Of a stretch of DNA of 64,000 nucleotides, positions 39,071 through 53,655 are shown piece by piece. The notes beneath the pieces are model-generated. The model was given only the letters and a program-made list of their open reading frames with translations, made no database searches and had not been told where the DNA came from. Both the position numbers and the translations under genes were made by a program. The DNA lies in the NCBI GenBank assembly GCA_030704615.1, contig CM060731.1, positions 71,734,001-71,798,000 of the forward strand, given 5' to 3'. The DNA is from Takakia lepidozioides. Taxonomy: Eukaryota > Plantae > Bryophyta. Position 1 is the stretch's first letter; every line of letters starts with the position of its first letter.

Positions 39071-41747
39071 TGTCAAGTTATTTTACCACTAGTGTGAAAC
39101 TAGCTAGGAAATAGTTAGCTTTTACATATTGACATTTGGGATTGGCCCAAGTGTCAATCCAGGGGTCAAGGCAGATTTAGGCCCTGGAGTGGTTATCTTC
39201 ACGGCAAGCGCGGGAGGCTTATCTTTCTCGAGTTGAGCCTCACCGCACCTAGCTATGGCGCCGTAGTGTGGATTCCCCATGGCGTGGGGTGCACTTGGCT
39301 TGACTTGTATTTGAGTGATGAGGTTATATATGCATGAGGTTATGCTTCAGCTTTGTGAGCTCGCATGAGCTTGTGCTTGTATTCTTCTTCTTTATCACTC
39401 GAGAAAGATGAGCTCGTATCTGTGAGTGCCAGATATGAGTTAGTTGTAGTACTTGTGGTTTTTGCTTGAGAATGAGAGAAACCGGGCTGTTATGCAAGGA
39501 GCACCGTGGAGCTCTTGGTTGTTAGAAGCGGAGGCGATGTGGGTTACGAGGTGGTGGTAGACCTTGGCATTCGATCTTCAGCTTCAGAGATGAAAGCACC
39601 ATGCCGCAGGATTGCAAGACCAAGCGAAAGGGCTGATTTGGCTTGGGGCAAATCAGTGCACTTTGTGGAGTATGTTGAGATTGGGTTTCAATCTCGAGCT
39701 TCAGCATTGAGAGGGCTCTTGTCATGGCAAGAGCAAAGCTAGAACAGGAGCTAAGAGGTGCGGCAAGGCCATGGAATGTGCACCTAGGGTTTCAGAGCTT
39801 GGAAGAAGAGTTCTTGCACCACAAGAGGAGTGTCTTGTGGTTGGAAATGTAAGCCTTAGGGTTTCAGGAGCTTGGCAAGGGCTGTGGAGTGCTTAGTCTT
39901 GTCTTAGAGAGCATCAAGGAGCTAAGGAGCCAAGATAGGGGGCTGATACCTCTTGTGTGAAGAGGTTGCATGTGTGGAGCATGTATTCAGCTCATTGAAG
40001 CTTCCATTGGAGGGCAAGCAAGGAAGAGGGAAGGGCTGACTTCCCTTATGTGAGAGCAATGCATGTGTGGAGCATGCTTTCAGCCTGTTGAAGGCTTGTA
40101 CTTTCAGGTTTGGGAGTGCAAGAAAGGAAGGAAGGGGCTGGTTTTCCTGTAGGGCATGTGTGGAGCATGCTTCCAGCCCGCTGAAGCGTGTATTTTCAGG
40201 TTGGTGGGTGCAAGAAAGAAAGCAAAGGGGCTGATTCTCTGGTGGTGAGAGTGGGGCATGTGTGGAGCATGCCTTCAATCCATTGGGCTTTTGTTTTCAA
40301 GCTTTAGAGATCTAAGAGAAGGTAAGGGGCTGATCTGCTCTTATGTGACAGTCCGACACTTGTAGAGGGTGTTCTGAGTTGGGGTTTCAACCTCAAGCCT
40401 AGATAGAGCATGGCTCTTGAAGTGGCAGGTGTAGGGGGCTGGAATAGGCTCTAAGACAGATGCTATGGCAAATGGAAACGCTTGAATAAGTGCTCACAAG
40501 GGCTGGAAACCAGCAAGGCTTGGTTGTTTGCCATTGAGTTTAGTGGTGTGTTTGGGGAATCTAAGTGAGAAAGAAGGCTTGGTTTTGTGGCAACCATCTT
40601 CCTCATGGCTTGGGCTACTATTGGTGGTGTGTGGGAGCCGAAAGAGCAAGAATACCTTGCTGATTTCTTCACAGCCACCATAGCTCGGTGCAAAGAAGCC
40701 TAGAGTCCAAGAGATACAAACCCTAGCTTGGTGTGGCTAAACCCCTTGGAGAAATGGCTAAACTGTCATGAGTGGCATGTGGGGGGCTGGGTGTGACGGT
40801 CTGGGAGGGGCTGTGACAGGCTTGTGCCCAGTGGCCTGTGGGCGCTGTGACGGGCTATGAGGGGCTGTGACAGACTGTGCCCAGTGGCCTGTGGGGCTTG
40901 TGACGGGCTGTGACGGGCTGTGAGGGACTGTGACAGGCTGTGCCCTGTGGCCTGTGGGGCTGTGATGGGCTGTGACGGGCTGTGACAGGCTGTGATGGGC
41001 TGTGATGGGCTGTGTGGCGGGCTCTGACAGGCTGGCCCTGTGGCCTGTGACAGGTTGTGGTGGGCTGGGTTGTGATTGTCCTTTCATCAACAATCAGAAG
41101 TCGACATAGTTGCTGACACACATTTGCAAAGAAGGTGGAGAGGCCATTTGGTGCTTCAAAGGAAATTGTTTAATAAGTAAAGATTCATTCCGACGAAGAA
41201 TATTCTGTGCTACTGGAGTCGGCGTCCAAAACGAAGGCACAACTGTCTATGAAGACACTAGCCCTGCTTTGAACAAAACCCTCTCTGTTTAAAAGCAAAC
41301 CAGGGGAAGAAGAGAGGAGACTAAATTCCGAAGCTGCAGCCTCCACATAACATGACAATTTAAAATCTACTTTCGGACTTGGGAAAAATTGCGGGTTTGC
41401 AAAGAAAGGGAGGAATCGTGACGACCTTGGGCTCCTGTACACACAAACAAACAATGTAAGTCCATATACATTCAGCTGGCCCAACTTGTGCAGGAAAGAT
41501 GGAAATGGAAGGATGCGCCGTCGTGTCAGTGAATTGCCACAACTGAACTAGCACTTACTCACCAGTGGGCAGAAGTTCACTCTAGAGGTAGGGGGATTTA
41601 GCAACCACTACTGAAAAATGCATCTTAGTTTTGCATTCATCTATAAACTACATTCATCCATGTACCATTCGTCGAACATCCTTTCATCCCCCATTCATAC
41701 ATCGTTCATCCATAACGATGAATGACGTATGCATGATATACTTGACA
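39071..41747. mobile_element. Putative solo LTR
   Basis: Inverted termini TGTCAAGT...ACTTGACA with flanks GATCC/GAACC (4 of 5 match). Non-coding, with internal repeats. An alternative end is at 41118. Confidence 0.45.
40780..41060. repeat. 10-bp minisatellite (CTGTGACGGG variants)
   Basis: Read directly from the sequence. A degenerate GCATGTGTGGAGCATG repeat also lies at 39950-40280. Confidence 0.85.
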
Positions 41748-42522
41748 GAACCCGCAGTAATAGGTCCTCTAGGCCGAATAGGTGTCCGCGGTTATAGGTG
41801 AGCACATGCAGATCCGTGAGCAGAATTCTGCTCACGGAATTTTCTGCTCACGGTTTAGCAATCCCCCTTCATGACACACCAGACCGTGGTTTGAACCCAC
41901 AACACATTCAGCGTGGTATGTGCCCATTACCACTGGGCTATGTCCTACATGTGGTCAGTGGGATCTGGCTCCTTGGTCATAAAATGCCTCCCTTCAATAT
42001 GGTGACATGTACCTCCCTCTTCGGGGCCCTCCGGCGAATCATGGGCCCACCAAATCAGCTTTTGGCAAAAATCCCTGAATTTTTCAACCTCATTTCCCTT
42101 GGAGGCTCCTTCCATGTGGGAGGAGCCAAGGGAAGTGGTATGTCTACCCTGGCCATTTTTGTCCGCTTCCTCCCTTATACATGGAAGCCCTGTCCCGTGC
42201 CAGGTCGAAATCTAGTGATTATTCGCCACGACGTCAGCATTGACATTACCGGGGGTAAGAAAGTCGTAGAGTATAACTTACTCCCGCGAGGCCCCAGCAA
42301 AACAGGAGAGAAGGGACGTTGCAGCATCAATCGCAATACTCACTGTTGCAGGACTGCCCATCTCAACACTCGCGAGGATTCAGCACTAGCAGCTTTCTTT
42401 GCAGGCACCATCGAGACACCACATGAGTCTGATCTAAGGCCATCTTCGTGAGTGGGATAATTATACTACAGTTGCAAGCATCGGTCTGTGATCGGCGTGA
42501 GCTCCTAGCGAAGATCGATGTC

Positions 42523-43584
42523 ATGGCTAATGCGGTTCTAGCTATGGCTGGGCTTCTCTGTATGTCGGCAATGCTCAACGGAGCTCAAGCATTAGTAAGT
42601 GCCCCTGCAACAGGTGGAAATTGTCACATCCTCCCTCATGTGTTTTGTTGTTGTTGATCTTACTCGACTAGTATCAGTGCAGCTAGTTGATGAACTAAGA
42701 AATGTAGTTATTGCTTATCGTACGTTGTGGAGTTCTAATCTGCTCCAGGAACCCCGTGATTCCGTGATTGTCCAGTGCTCTTGTTTTCTGTCACTGCTCC
42801 GCAGCTAACTGCTGATCTAAATCAGTACATTGTTTCCTCGCCATGCTCATGATTTGCACTCATCTTCATGCCTTGTAGTGGATCCTCGATAATCACCCTA
42901 TCCATTATTGTGGGTGCTTTTGGAGTTGGGTGTCATCGATATGGAGTGTGGTTTTCTAGGTGATGTACCTATGGCACTTTTCGATCAAATTTGATGAACT
43001 CATACCGCCCACATCACTCGTGCATTGATTTGTGCTGTTGGAATGACAAATATGCCCCTAATATGCATAGTAATTTTGATTTGTGCATTACTGTTCCACT
43101 TTCCAACGGACGACGATACAATGATTAACTCATGGATGTGTGTGTATGTGGTGGCGTTCAACACAGTGTGGTGGTTTTGCTGCATCGTGCACCGAAACGT
43201 CTATCTCGGGAAGCATCCTCTCAGCCTCCTGCAGAAACTTGATTGGACAGAGCGATTTCTAGTTTAGATCTCAATCCATTTCTAGGCAACAACAACGGGA
43301 CCTTGGTGGCGCATGAAGCCGGATTCGCGTTCACATGCACCTCACAAGGAACTGGCCTGCTTGGATCGGAATTCTATGTTTTTGCTCTTTGCAGGAAGCA
43401 GGATGGCACAAGTGGTATTACCTCCTACGACGTACAAAGCAATGTCATGAACAACGACGGGACTTTGGCCTGGAACAACAATTGTAGCCCACGCTCTTTG
43501 CTGGAATCCACGCCAGTTCATGCTGCTCACGAGGAGCTTGCGAATCAAGATCATTCTGCCCTAGGGAGGAAGATGCTCCAGTGA
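42523..43584 (+). CDS. Secreted cyanovirin-N homologue (CVNH lectin); one frameshift near 43250
   Basis: Signal-peptide exon 42523-42594 with GTAAGT donor. Exon 2 from 43167: CGGFAASCTETSISGSILSASCR, then SSLDLNPFLGNNNGTL..GFAFTC..ALCRKQDG..DVQSNVMNNDGTLAW, the two CVN half-repeats. Confidence 0.8.
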
Positions 43585-45979
43585 AGATCGAAACTCAAAC
43601 AGGCAAAGAAACGTTTAGTATGATGCGTGTATCCATGTCCGTGCTCGTTTACATGCTGTTGCATCTAGTTTAACTGTATGAAGATAGTAGCAGATACTTT
43701 GTGGGTTGTTTGAATGGTGAATACAAACAAGTTTTGCTAATTGCTATTCGTTATATCTCATAAAATGTGGTAAAGGCAGTGGAGCTTCATAAATAACTAA
43801 CTCGGGGTCAAATGTGGCTAGCGTGAAGACCCCACTGGGTTTGCAAGTTCGCCAATATCCAGCACTAGAGAGAGAGAGAGAGAATGTACTCATAAGACAT
43901 TGTTTGGTAGCCTTGTGAGAGAGAGAGAGAGGAGAGAGGAGAGAATGGTTATGGTCTAGTGTGGAGTATCCAGAAAGACGCAGAATGGAAGGGTGGGCAC
44001 ACTGTTTACATCTACAAAATTGCCAGGTCCCTGTGGAGAGGGGTGTCTGGGCAGTAACCCTGTGAATTTATACATGAATCAGTAACCAGTAGAGTAGCGG
44101 CAGGGCTTGGATTTGCATCTGACACCCAGGGCTCCCTTACTTTGTCATGGATAAGTGTTCTGTTCTGCTCCCTTACTTTGCTCACATTATTTGACTCTGC
44201 AGTTTCCATAGACCCTATCTATGGGGGGTGGGCAGGCACCTTGCTCCAGTGGGGCACGGCTATCACGTAGTCAACTGGGCAAGGCTGGTGATCCTGGCAC
44301 CTTGCTCATAGGACTCTGGAACTACTCTTCCAACTGGTCCTAAGTGCTGGTGGATTTGTCTTGGGATCAGGGGAATGGAGATGGTGTGCACAGGAGAAAA
44401 CACAGCCCTTCTTTGCTTTCTCAGCCAAGATAGGTTACAAATGCAGATATCTTCTCTTCTATCACAGGTAAACTATCAGGTAAAGGGGCACATGTGTCAG
44501 TCCCGCAGTATGGAACTATGTTTGGGCTGATGTATGGCATCAGCATCGAGCGCCCAAGCATTCAGCCTTTCTTTGGATTCTTCCTTTGTTCTGTACACAA
44601 GTGGCTGCTAACAATATATGTAAATCTTGCTGCATGCAGGTGGAAGTGACGGTGAAATAGTGTTTCATTTCATGTCCTTTCCTGTGTAGATCTGGTCTGA
44701 AATTCAATCGCTCTACAGGCACTGGAAAGGGTTGGAGACCCTGCAATTCTATCACTCAACATCTCAAATTCGTCCATTTGGCACTCCTGCCAGCTCTGAA
44801 ATTGTCTCAGAGTCCTTGCACTATGGGCACACCTGGAAAGCCAGGTGCTCATTGATATTCGACAACAAACCTATCTGCATCAAAGTCTCTCTAGGTAATT
44901 TTATTCTGACTTAGTGATTGAGGGGCCGAAAAAGTGGGGGTGGATCATGGAAACAGTATGCAGATGTTCTGAGAGCAGGAGGGTTGCCTTACTTGCGCAA
45001 TTTGATTCAGAATGGGGCCATCAAGGAACTGTGCGCCACAGGGAAGGAGAGCGAGCATAATGGACACCCGACCTCCAGTCGGCTGGGGAGTCACCTAACC
45101 ACTGGCAATCAGACCTGGAGGACAGAGATGTATATTGAAGACACCAGAAGAACAAGGGGATTCCAAAGTGCAAGCACATCTCAATTTGGAATCCCTGTGT
45201 CGGAAGCGGTGATGGAAGAATTCACAGAACTGTTCAGAATTCTACCCAATTTTGGATGTCTATTAGGTTTCAGAGTAGGAGTTTGCAATTAGATGCTCTA
45301 CTGTTAGCTATTGTGTCTTCCGGTGTTAGATTAGAGTGCTGCAGGAGGGCCTCGTTTGCTGACTCGACTGCTGCACTTGTAGCTACCAGGTTAGTTGTTC
45401 ATGCCCCTCAGGTCTTTCTTGTCTGTATCTCTACAGTGCTGGCTGCTTAGTCGTCTCGGGTTCTAGGTAGGTCCCCAGCTTACTGTGATGATCAGCGATC
45501 GTCTGGTTGGTTTCTTGTTTTTTGTGAAGTCTTGGTTCAAAGCTTACTGTTTTTTACAGTGAACCACAAAGAGTAGTAGAGCTTGCCCATGGTGGCTGGT
45601 TACTGGGTGCTACCTGATCTTCATTGATGTATGCAATTTAGGAAATGAGAACAACAAAGATACTGAGGGAGGTCTTGGAGTACCTAATTGTTAGTTCGTC
45701 CTAGATAGGTAGCTGAATTGTAGGATAGTGTAAATGAGTATGTTGACAATGGTTATTCTGGTGTAGTGACAGAATTGGTATGCGTTTCCCAATGACATTT
45801 AGGTTTGGGGTGGCAGTTTTCTACATTAGTGTCCTCAAATCTTTCTAAGAAAAACCATCAGTGGTTATGAGAGAGGATACTCCAGCCATTTATGGAGGCA
45901 AACAAAATTCTTTGATGAATGACTGAATGATGGTTACATTGCACACAGTTAAGCAAGATATGAGTTTGTGTAAGTGATA

Positions 45980-46822
45980 CCTCCTTGTCACCAGCTAAAT
46001 GTTTGTGATGCTCAGCACCCTTTTCAACCAGTCTCTCCTCTTCAAAAGAATCGAAGTGTGCCTGCAAAATCAAGAACCAAACTCCTATGTGTCAACTTAA
46101 GGCTTTCGCAATACTGACCAGCAATAACGAGTCACATGCTTGACCTCAACAAAGTTTCAAAACCCTTGTAGAATACAAAGCTTATCTCAATCTTACAGCA
46201 CTGGTCACAATACCAGCAAGATAGATCATACCTGAGGCTTAACCTCCATGCTGCCCCCCACAATGATCAGACCTGTATCTCCATGCTTCAGTGATAACAG
46301 ACCTGAATATCATCCTTCCGTATTTTCTTCAGGTTGTGATCAAATCACAGCCCAGCCAGCTGTTACCACCACAATCACTTGCTTTTTGTTTTCCCCAGTT
46401 GTGAAAGACCACTTTATGTTGCCTGTAGCAAGAGCAACAGGTCTCCATCCAGAACCCACTCGAACTTTATCTGGCAAGCAAGCAATATCTGCCAGCAACC
46501 GTGCTTCCGCAAAACCATCCTCTGCAAATGACACTCGTGGATCAATGACCTGACGATGTAAAGATGTCAGTGGCTGGATGGCTATTGATAGCTTCTCCAA
46601 GTTCATGAACTCGAAAGTTATTATCTTTATGCAAAGAAAAAAGAGAGGTAAACTGAACTCCTAACAGAGTTGGAGCAAGGAACTTTTATGCCGATAACCA
46701 TGGTGCTGCACTAAACCAGGTGCCTATGATGAAAAAGTCACCTGAAGCTGGACTACTAAGCGATGACAACCTTGTTGTGGCCATCTCCATTGAGGTCAGC
46801 AACAACCGTTGGTGGCAGCCGC
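45980..46822 (-). pseudogene. Fragment of an FG-GAP-repeat gene (NERD1/At3g51050-like)
   Basis: RLPPTVVADLNGDG; DGFAEARLLADIACLPDKVRVGSG..KKQVIVVVTAGWAV; LKHGDTGLIIVGG. Stops and an internal deletion. Family recognised from memory. Confidence 0.7.
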
Positions 46823-46866
46823 TAGGCCTCATGCATTTTTATTTTTTTTTGGAAAACTTGCTGGGA

Positions 46867-47821
46867 ATTAAGATGGCGTTGACGACACCTTAATCTGGCA
46901 CATTTGGGGGGGGAGAAAAAATAAATAAATCGTTTTTTTCTTTTCTTTTTTTGAAAACTTGCTGGGAATTAAGATGTCGTTGACGACACCTTAATCCCCA
47001 CCACTTGCACACACACCGCCATGGCTTCTTCGCCTTGAAAGTTTTTTGGGTTGAAATTTTTTTGGTTAATATTTTTGGAAAAAAAAATTCAGGGGATTTT
47101 GGTTTTTCCGTAAGCTGTCATGTGCCAACTCGTACTGGGAATTAAGATGTCGTTGACGACACCTTAATCCAGAGCACCTGTACACGCACCATGGTTCATT
47201 CATGTCGCTCATTTTTCATCCAAAAGTCATCCAACATTCATCCATTCATTTTTTCATTCATCTCAACCTGCAGCTTTTCATCGCACATTCGTACCATATG
47301 GTCGTCACCCATGAAGGATTCTTCCGTCGGATGGGGTGGAGATTGTGTCCGTACAGTGTAGTTTTTGTCCGTGGCAATAGGTCATCTTCTTCCCTCGGTT
47401 GTAGGCTCCCATTTACTAATCTGCTCACGTTTGTAATCTACTCACGCTTAAGGGATTCTACTCACGTTTACCACTTAAAGCGTGAGCATGCTCACGTGAA
47501 CTGCTCACACGGTAGCTACCCTCTTGCAAATGAGACCAGTCACTCTTCATGGATCCACTTTGTTCAAGTAAACCCAAACATTTCTCCATTTTTGGGCTTA
47601 TATATATATATATAGTGTTTTATCCTGTTTGGTGAAATTCCCAAGTCCAAACAGGGCAGGGGATTAAGATGTCGTTGATGACATCTTAATCCGTGCTTCC
47701 CTGAGCAGGATGACAACTCCCCCCTATGGTTTTTTCCAGGCAAGATTTTTTTTCTTGCAACGATTTTCATGGGTTCATTTCTCATGCATGCGATTTAAGA
47801 TGTCGTTGACGATACCTTAAT
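46867..47821. repeat. Five copies of a 28-bp near-perfect palindrome ATTAAGATGTCGTTGACGACACCTTAAT
   Basis: At 46867, 46968, 47141, 47663 and about 47795. Confidence 0.88.
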
Positions 47822-48425
47822 GTTTGGTCCATGCGCTTGCTGATCCCTCACGAGACATGCTCATACAATTGTCCATAGTCCCCTCATCTGGACAACTTTT
47901 CATCCGTGCTTCATCCAACGTTCATCCATTTCACTTTTACGTCCATCTCAAATCCATTCATCCGTGAATGTTTCATCGTGCATTCGTGCCACTTTGTCGT
48001 CATGGAGCCTTTCTATCTTCGGTCCGATGGAGCGGAGATTGCGTCGTTGTAGTGAAGTTGGCGTCCACGGCAATAGGCCCACTTGTTCCCACGGTTTTGG
48101 GGTCCGCATCAGAAATCTGCTCACGCTTTGAATCTGATCACGCTTCGGGGAATCTGCTCACGCATCCAGGAATCTGCTCACAGGTTTTGCTCACAGCTTT
48201 GCTGCCCTCGTTGTTGTGGACCTTATTGTAGATTGTGACATTCATTTTGATAATTCTCTTGATACCACATCTGTATGTGTTGCTCCAACATATTCATTGT
48301 CTCTGCCTTCTTTCTTGAAAGACTACCAGCCACAGCCATATTTGATGAATCATAGAAATAAAGTACAATATGCATGTACATGTACAATCAATCGAAGGGA
48401 TGGGTCCAGTTCGGTGCGAGAATTG

Positions 48426-51400
48426 TTATGTAGCTTTGATTTTGTGTCTAATCAACTTGAACATCATCATCTGCCTCTTCATCCTCATCAAGCTGCAAGT
48501 CTTCTTGGTCATCGGAGTCATTGTCATAAATGGTCTGGCCCTCAAAAGGCACCTCCGAATCATCCTCCACCTCGTTGTCAATGGCCGTGTCTTCGTCTCA
48601 TTCTCCAACATCCGTATCTTCTAGAGCTTCATCATATAGGGTCTAGGATGCATTGTCCGGGGCGTCATCATCCTCTTCTACCCCCTCTACCCAACCTCCA
48701 TCATCAGCATCATTATGACCAGTCTCTCCGTCCACCGTAATTGTCTCATCCCATGGAGATCCGAGACCATGATAGATACGTCTTCCTCTTGGCTGAGCAT
48801 GCACAACCACCTTCCAATTCCCCCCCTCTTGTTTTGTCATCGGAGAAGAAAACTTGTTTCATGTCTGAAGGCCGTGAAAAAGGCTCACCGGAGGGACGAT
48901 GAGTAGGGTTGAGCCTATCTGCATTGACGCGCATGAAACCACAATCATCTTGCACTAATGTTGCGAACGGCCCCACAAGATGTGGTTGGAACCACCTTCC
49001 CTTGAAGAGAAGAGGCCGGTACTTTGTATACTGAAATTGGAGTATGTTCTCAAACTCTCCAATGTACTCAAGTTTGCTCATACCAGGTCGTGTATCTCCC
49101 TTGCCCCACACGGAGTCTTGCCAATATGTGGCACACAAGCCAGAATCAAAGGTTGTTTTGCGCTTCATGTCAAGAGCACGAATGCGGAAATGACGACCGT
49201 GAACCCAAACCGCCGTGTATGAGGTCACGAATTGAGAGAGGCCCCTTGCAATGTCTTGCACCAAATCTGAAACCACCTCTCCTTGAGCAACGGCGTCATA
49301 AACTGAAGTCCAAAGCCACTGCTGGAATGAACTTAGAGGCTGCAATTCCATTTGTGAATGAACATTCCGGCGGCCCGCTCCTCGTCGTGGGCGTCTAGTA
49401 TCCGGCCTTGGATGGTTCCGCCTCCATGCAAGCGTCTCCTCCTCTCGTTACTGAACAAGATTATTGTATCTTGCTTCCCACTCATGTATGGATGGGGTGT
49501 TCTTCAGTATGAAGTCATGCGCTTGCTCAATCACCAAGGTTGGCAATTTTACCCTCTTCGATTTTTTGAGCAAAACGATGTCATTGGTTCGTGCATCCTC
49601 CTCTTCCTTCCACATCCGAGGGGCTTCCTCATCCACCCTTGCCATGTACTCCGTGCAATAGAACATAGCTTCTTGCAACGTATACCCCTCCGTCATGCTA
49701 CCCTCCGGGTGCGTCATTTGTCTTACAAATTCTTTCAAAGTCTTCATATAACGCTCAAGGAAGTACATCCACCGAGAATGAACGGGGCCGGCAATCGAAG
49801 CCTCTTCCACTAAGTGCACTACCAAGTGCACTTGGATGTCAAAGAAGGAGGGAGGAATGTGCATCTCCAACATACACATTACCTCCGTCGCCTCCTTCTT
49901 CATGCGTGGAAAATCTGCTTCTTCCAACTCTTTGGAGCAAATCCACCGGAACAAACCTCTCAATCTATAGATTGTCTCACGAACCTCGGGAGTCAATGTC
50001 CCACGTACTGCAATGGGCAAGATGTCTTGCAATAGATTGTGGTAGTCATGAGACTTCAAACCATGGACCCCGTCTTCTTCGCTGTACTTCGTACGGAGGG
50101 ATGACCCATAACTAGTTAGTGTTCGGACAACACTTATGGTGGCTATCATTTTTTTGTATTCCTCCTTTGTCCATTGCCAAGGTGCGCACTTATACTTCCA
50201 CCGTACAACACCCTTTGGGTCCACACCATTTTGTTCGGCCCATAGATGGCGCATGCGACCCTGCTCCTTAAGCTCCTTTCTAACACCGAGAGAATCTCCT
50301 TTTGCAGCCACTCCCTTCTTTGCCAGCGTGCCATGAAGAACCCGAAAACAGGACGAGCAGACATTCTTCTCAATATGCATGGGATCTAGAAAATGACGAA
50401 TCTTCAGGTCCTACATATAACCCCCACCCACAAAGACTTACACAAAAAAATTTACGTGAAAGTGACAATGCAACGCATACCAAATGTGCAATATCACATG
50501 CATGCATAGGGATATTGACGGTGTTTTTGTGGAATATGTACCGCCCAATATGGCAACTCGTAGAAGATTGAAAGTCGTTTCATGCCGGGCACGTCCACTT
50601 CACCGTCCGTGCCCGCATGGGCCTCCTTCCATCGGTCCTCCCAAAAGTGCCCGGACGGTGTCATAGGGGGGGGGACGTACTTCATCTTTGCCATCAAACA
50701 AGTGTTTTTCTATTCTTCTCCATCGATGGCTCATAGGAAGAAATTTGCGGTAGTTGGGATACACCATCTTGTGAAGATGGCGGGAGCTATGTGCATCAAG
50801 ATCATCGCCACAATGCAAGCATGCATGGTACCCTTTGGTGCTTAGCCCCGAGCAAACAGTTAGTCATGTACTACACATCCCGCCACATTAGCAAAAACAA
50901 AAAGTTGTCATGTGCATGGTCCATAATGTCATCTACCCCACTACGGTGCACAAGACTGTCGCCGCTACTTCAATCAATCCCAATTTTCATCGATATTATC
51001 TGTCATTGACAAGTGAATGTACGCGGGTTGTTCATGGGGAACATAATATACCTGGATAATCATGCATTGTCCAAAGCAAGATGCCTCTCATCTGAAAAGA
51101 TTGTCCGGCCATAGGGTCAAGTGAAGCATCCAATGTCGAGACCCCCCTCCATAGCTCTTTAAGTTCATCAACAAGAGGTCGTAAGTACGTGTCCATGTTT
51201 GCCACTTGTTTTTTCCCTATGAGACATTCACATCATTGTTTCAATGCTCCACCAATATGCAGATTATACTACAAAATGAATCACGCGTCTTACTCCATGA
51301 TTATGTCACTCATCAATCTTGCATCCAAATTGCGTCAAAGATCAGAAGTTTAATGTAAAGTCGAAGGCAATAATAAACATGAAATGACTACACTCACCTG

Positions 51401-52744
51401 GCACAATGGCAGCCAACATGATATGGTCTTTTTTAATTGAAAGATACGAAGGGATGTTGTAATTCACCTTGGTCATCGGCCAAGTGGAATGACTACATGA
51501 CTGGACAAAAAATGGGTTGACCCCATCCGAGGAGAAGTCGAGGTGGACATGTCGTGGGTCCTCCAAGAGAAAATGCCACATTTCTTCAATATGCCTCCAT
51601 GTTTGTAAATCTTGTGGCCCGCACACCTTTCCTGGGGGGCTCCGATGCGAGGCGTGCCATCTCATGAGTCTGGCCAATTTGGGGCTTCGGTATTGTGCCC
51701 TCAATCGCGGGATGATCGGAAAGTAATGCATTTTCTAGGATGAAATACCCCACGCCCCCCACATGTAATCATCCCATTAGCACACATAATACAACACCCT
51801 TATGCTTTTCCCTTTATGCAGCCTATCCCTCATTTGGGTGTGAATGGTCAAAACCAAACATCGCTTCTTCCACTCCTCACTCACTCCTTCCAAAACCACA
51901 ATCAGATCTTGCATGAGTACTACTCTCTAAACCCTAAACTTTGTGGAATACACTTTATATACATTGAGAAGATTAGAGAAAATAATCTCCATGCGAGGGG
52001 GAATGGCACTTATACCTTGCGTGGTACTTTTTTCCCTTGGACATCATCCCGATATCGATCTTTCTTGCACTTTGGGCACTTGGTGAGATGCGAATCCTCT
52101 CCGTAGTATAGGGTTTTATCACATGGACATGCATGAAAAATCTTATAGCTCATCCCCACAGAGTCCAAGACTTCGCGCGCCTCTTTCCGCGACCGTGGCA
52201 TCTTGGGTTTCAAGTGTGGAGCAAGGATATAGTCTGCAATAGTTCGCATTATGGCAAACATCCCAACATTACTTATGCCAAATCGAATTTGAAGATTGAG
52301 CAAAAGTAAGATTGTTGAAAGTCGACTCACTTTCGCCCCTTCGTACAAGAGAGTTCTCGCCTCCCTCTCCATGTCATTTGAGGGGGCCATTTCAGGATCA
52401 TCGATTGGTCGAGTTCCCTCTTCATATGATGCATCAACGCCCACATGATGCATTAAGAGATCCTCCATGGCTTACACATCCTCCTGGTTAATTCCATGCT
52501 CATTGTTGTTGACACTGTCACTATCACTGTCATCGTCATCATCGTCCGGTACCGTGGGGGCGGCGTCTCGCCCACGGCTCCCGCCTGATGTACTTGGGTT
52601 GTTTTCGGATGGGGTGCCAAAAGAAAAGACCGGGAAAGGGATGGACAAAGTCCTGATACGAACAAATAAACATATGGACATATTATAATGTGTCATTGCA
52701 ACCATACACTTCATTATAAGTGAAATGCAAACAACAACCTTCAA
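48426..52744 (-). pseudogene. Second CACTA/En-Spm transposase, intron-rich and frameshifted
   Basis: FHACPCD..CPKC; DPRHVHLDFSSDGVNPF; HDYPG; LDPMHIEKN; HSRWMYFLERYM; DUF4216-like QDDCGF..QVFF. Confidence 0.88.
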
Positions 52745-53655
52745 TATGTGTGTGCATCAAATATGTCATTCAATAATTACATGTATGTGCAAAACGTACA
52801 CGCATGCAAAGTTTCAAACCCAAACAAAATCATTTGCCCCCCCAATGACGCATTCACCCTATCAACCAATTTTTGTTTGTTAATGTGAAAGAAAAATCCT
52901 CTCATGCCATTGCACCCAACAAACGGATGTGGCTCAAGCTTCATTTTTTCCTACATGTGCTTAAATATGTGTGCAACACCTGTACAAAGATCCAGCAGGA
53001 AAAAAAATAAAAATAAAAAAATAAAAAAATTGCCTCCCCAACGACGCACTCACCCTTGCACCAATTTTGAATTAAATCGAATTTAAATGAATTTAAAATA
53101 AATATTTGCATTTAGATAATATATGATTGCAGTTTTGAGGGGCGTAATGATTTTATTTTTAGCTCTATTTTGTTTTGTGACATCGAGCTTTGCACCACTA
53201 CATCCATGCAAAAAATGGGACAAAAAAAAATGGAAAAAAATAAGTGTGTTTCTAGGGTCACTTTTGTAGAACTCTCTATGAAGAGTGCATGAAGTTGAAG
53301 ATAACTCAACTTTGGAGTGCAAATGAGAGAAAATCTGGTTATGGGTCCAAATGACTTTTGTTTACTCCCAAATTTTGCACGCACATTGCATATGCTATCA
53401 TTAAGCATATGGCTTGAAAATGGAATAAAAAAAAAATCATCTGCAGGCGAAACACAATTTTCCGTCTCTATGACACGTACCTGCGTTCAACACTAGAAGA
53501 CCCATTGAATCAACTTGGTTCAAGCTCATATTTGGTCCATATGTGCATAAGTATGTTTAGATCACATATACAAAGTTGCAACGCACACGAGCAACAAGAA
53601 AAAAATTTACATCAATCGATTAATCGGATGTATTCAAAGTACATCATGAGAATAT

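Noticed and set aside
41798-42451. 217-aa ORF
   Set aside because: GTG start and no recognisable motif; probably a chance ORF.
44500-45300. Possible old LINE remnant
   Set aside because: No diagnostic motif could be read.
46823-46830. CTAG as a Helitron 3' end
   Set aside because: The expected target nucleotide and nearby hairpin are missing, and there is no Rep/helicase.
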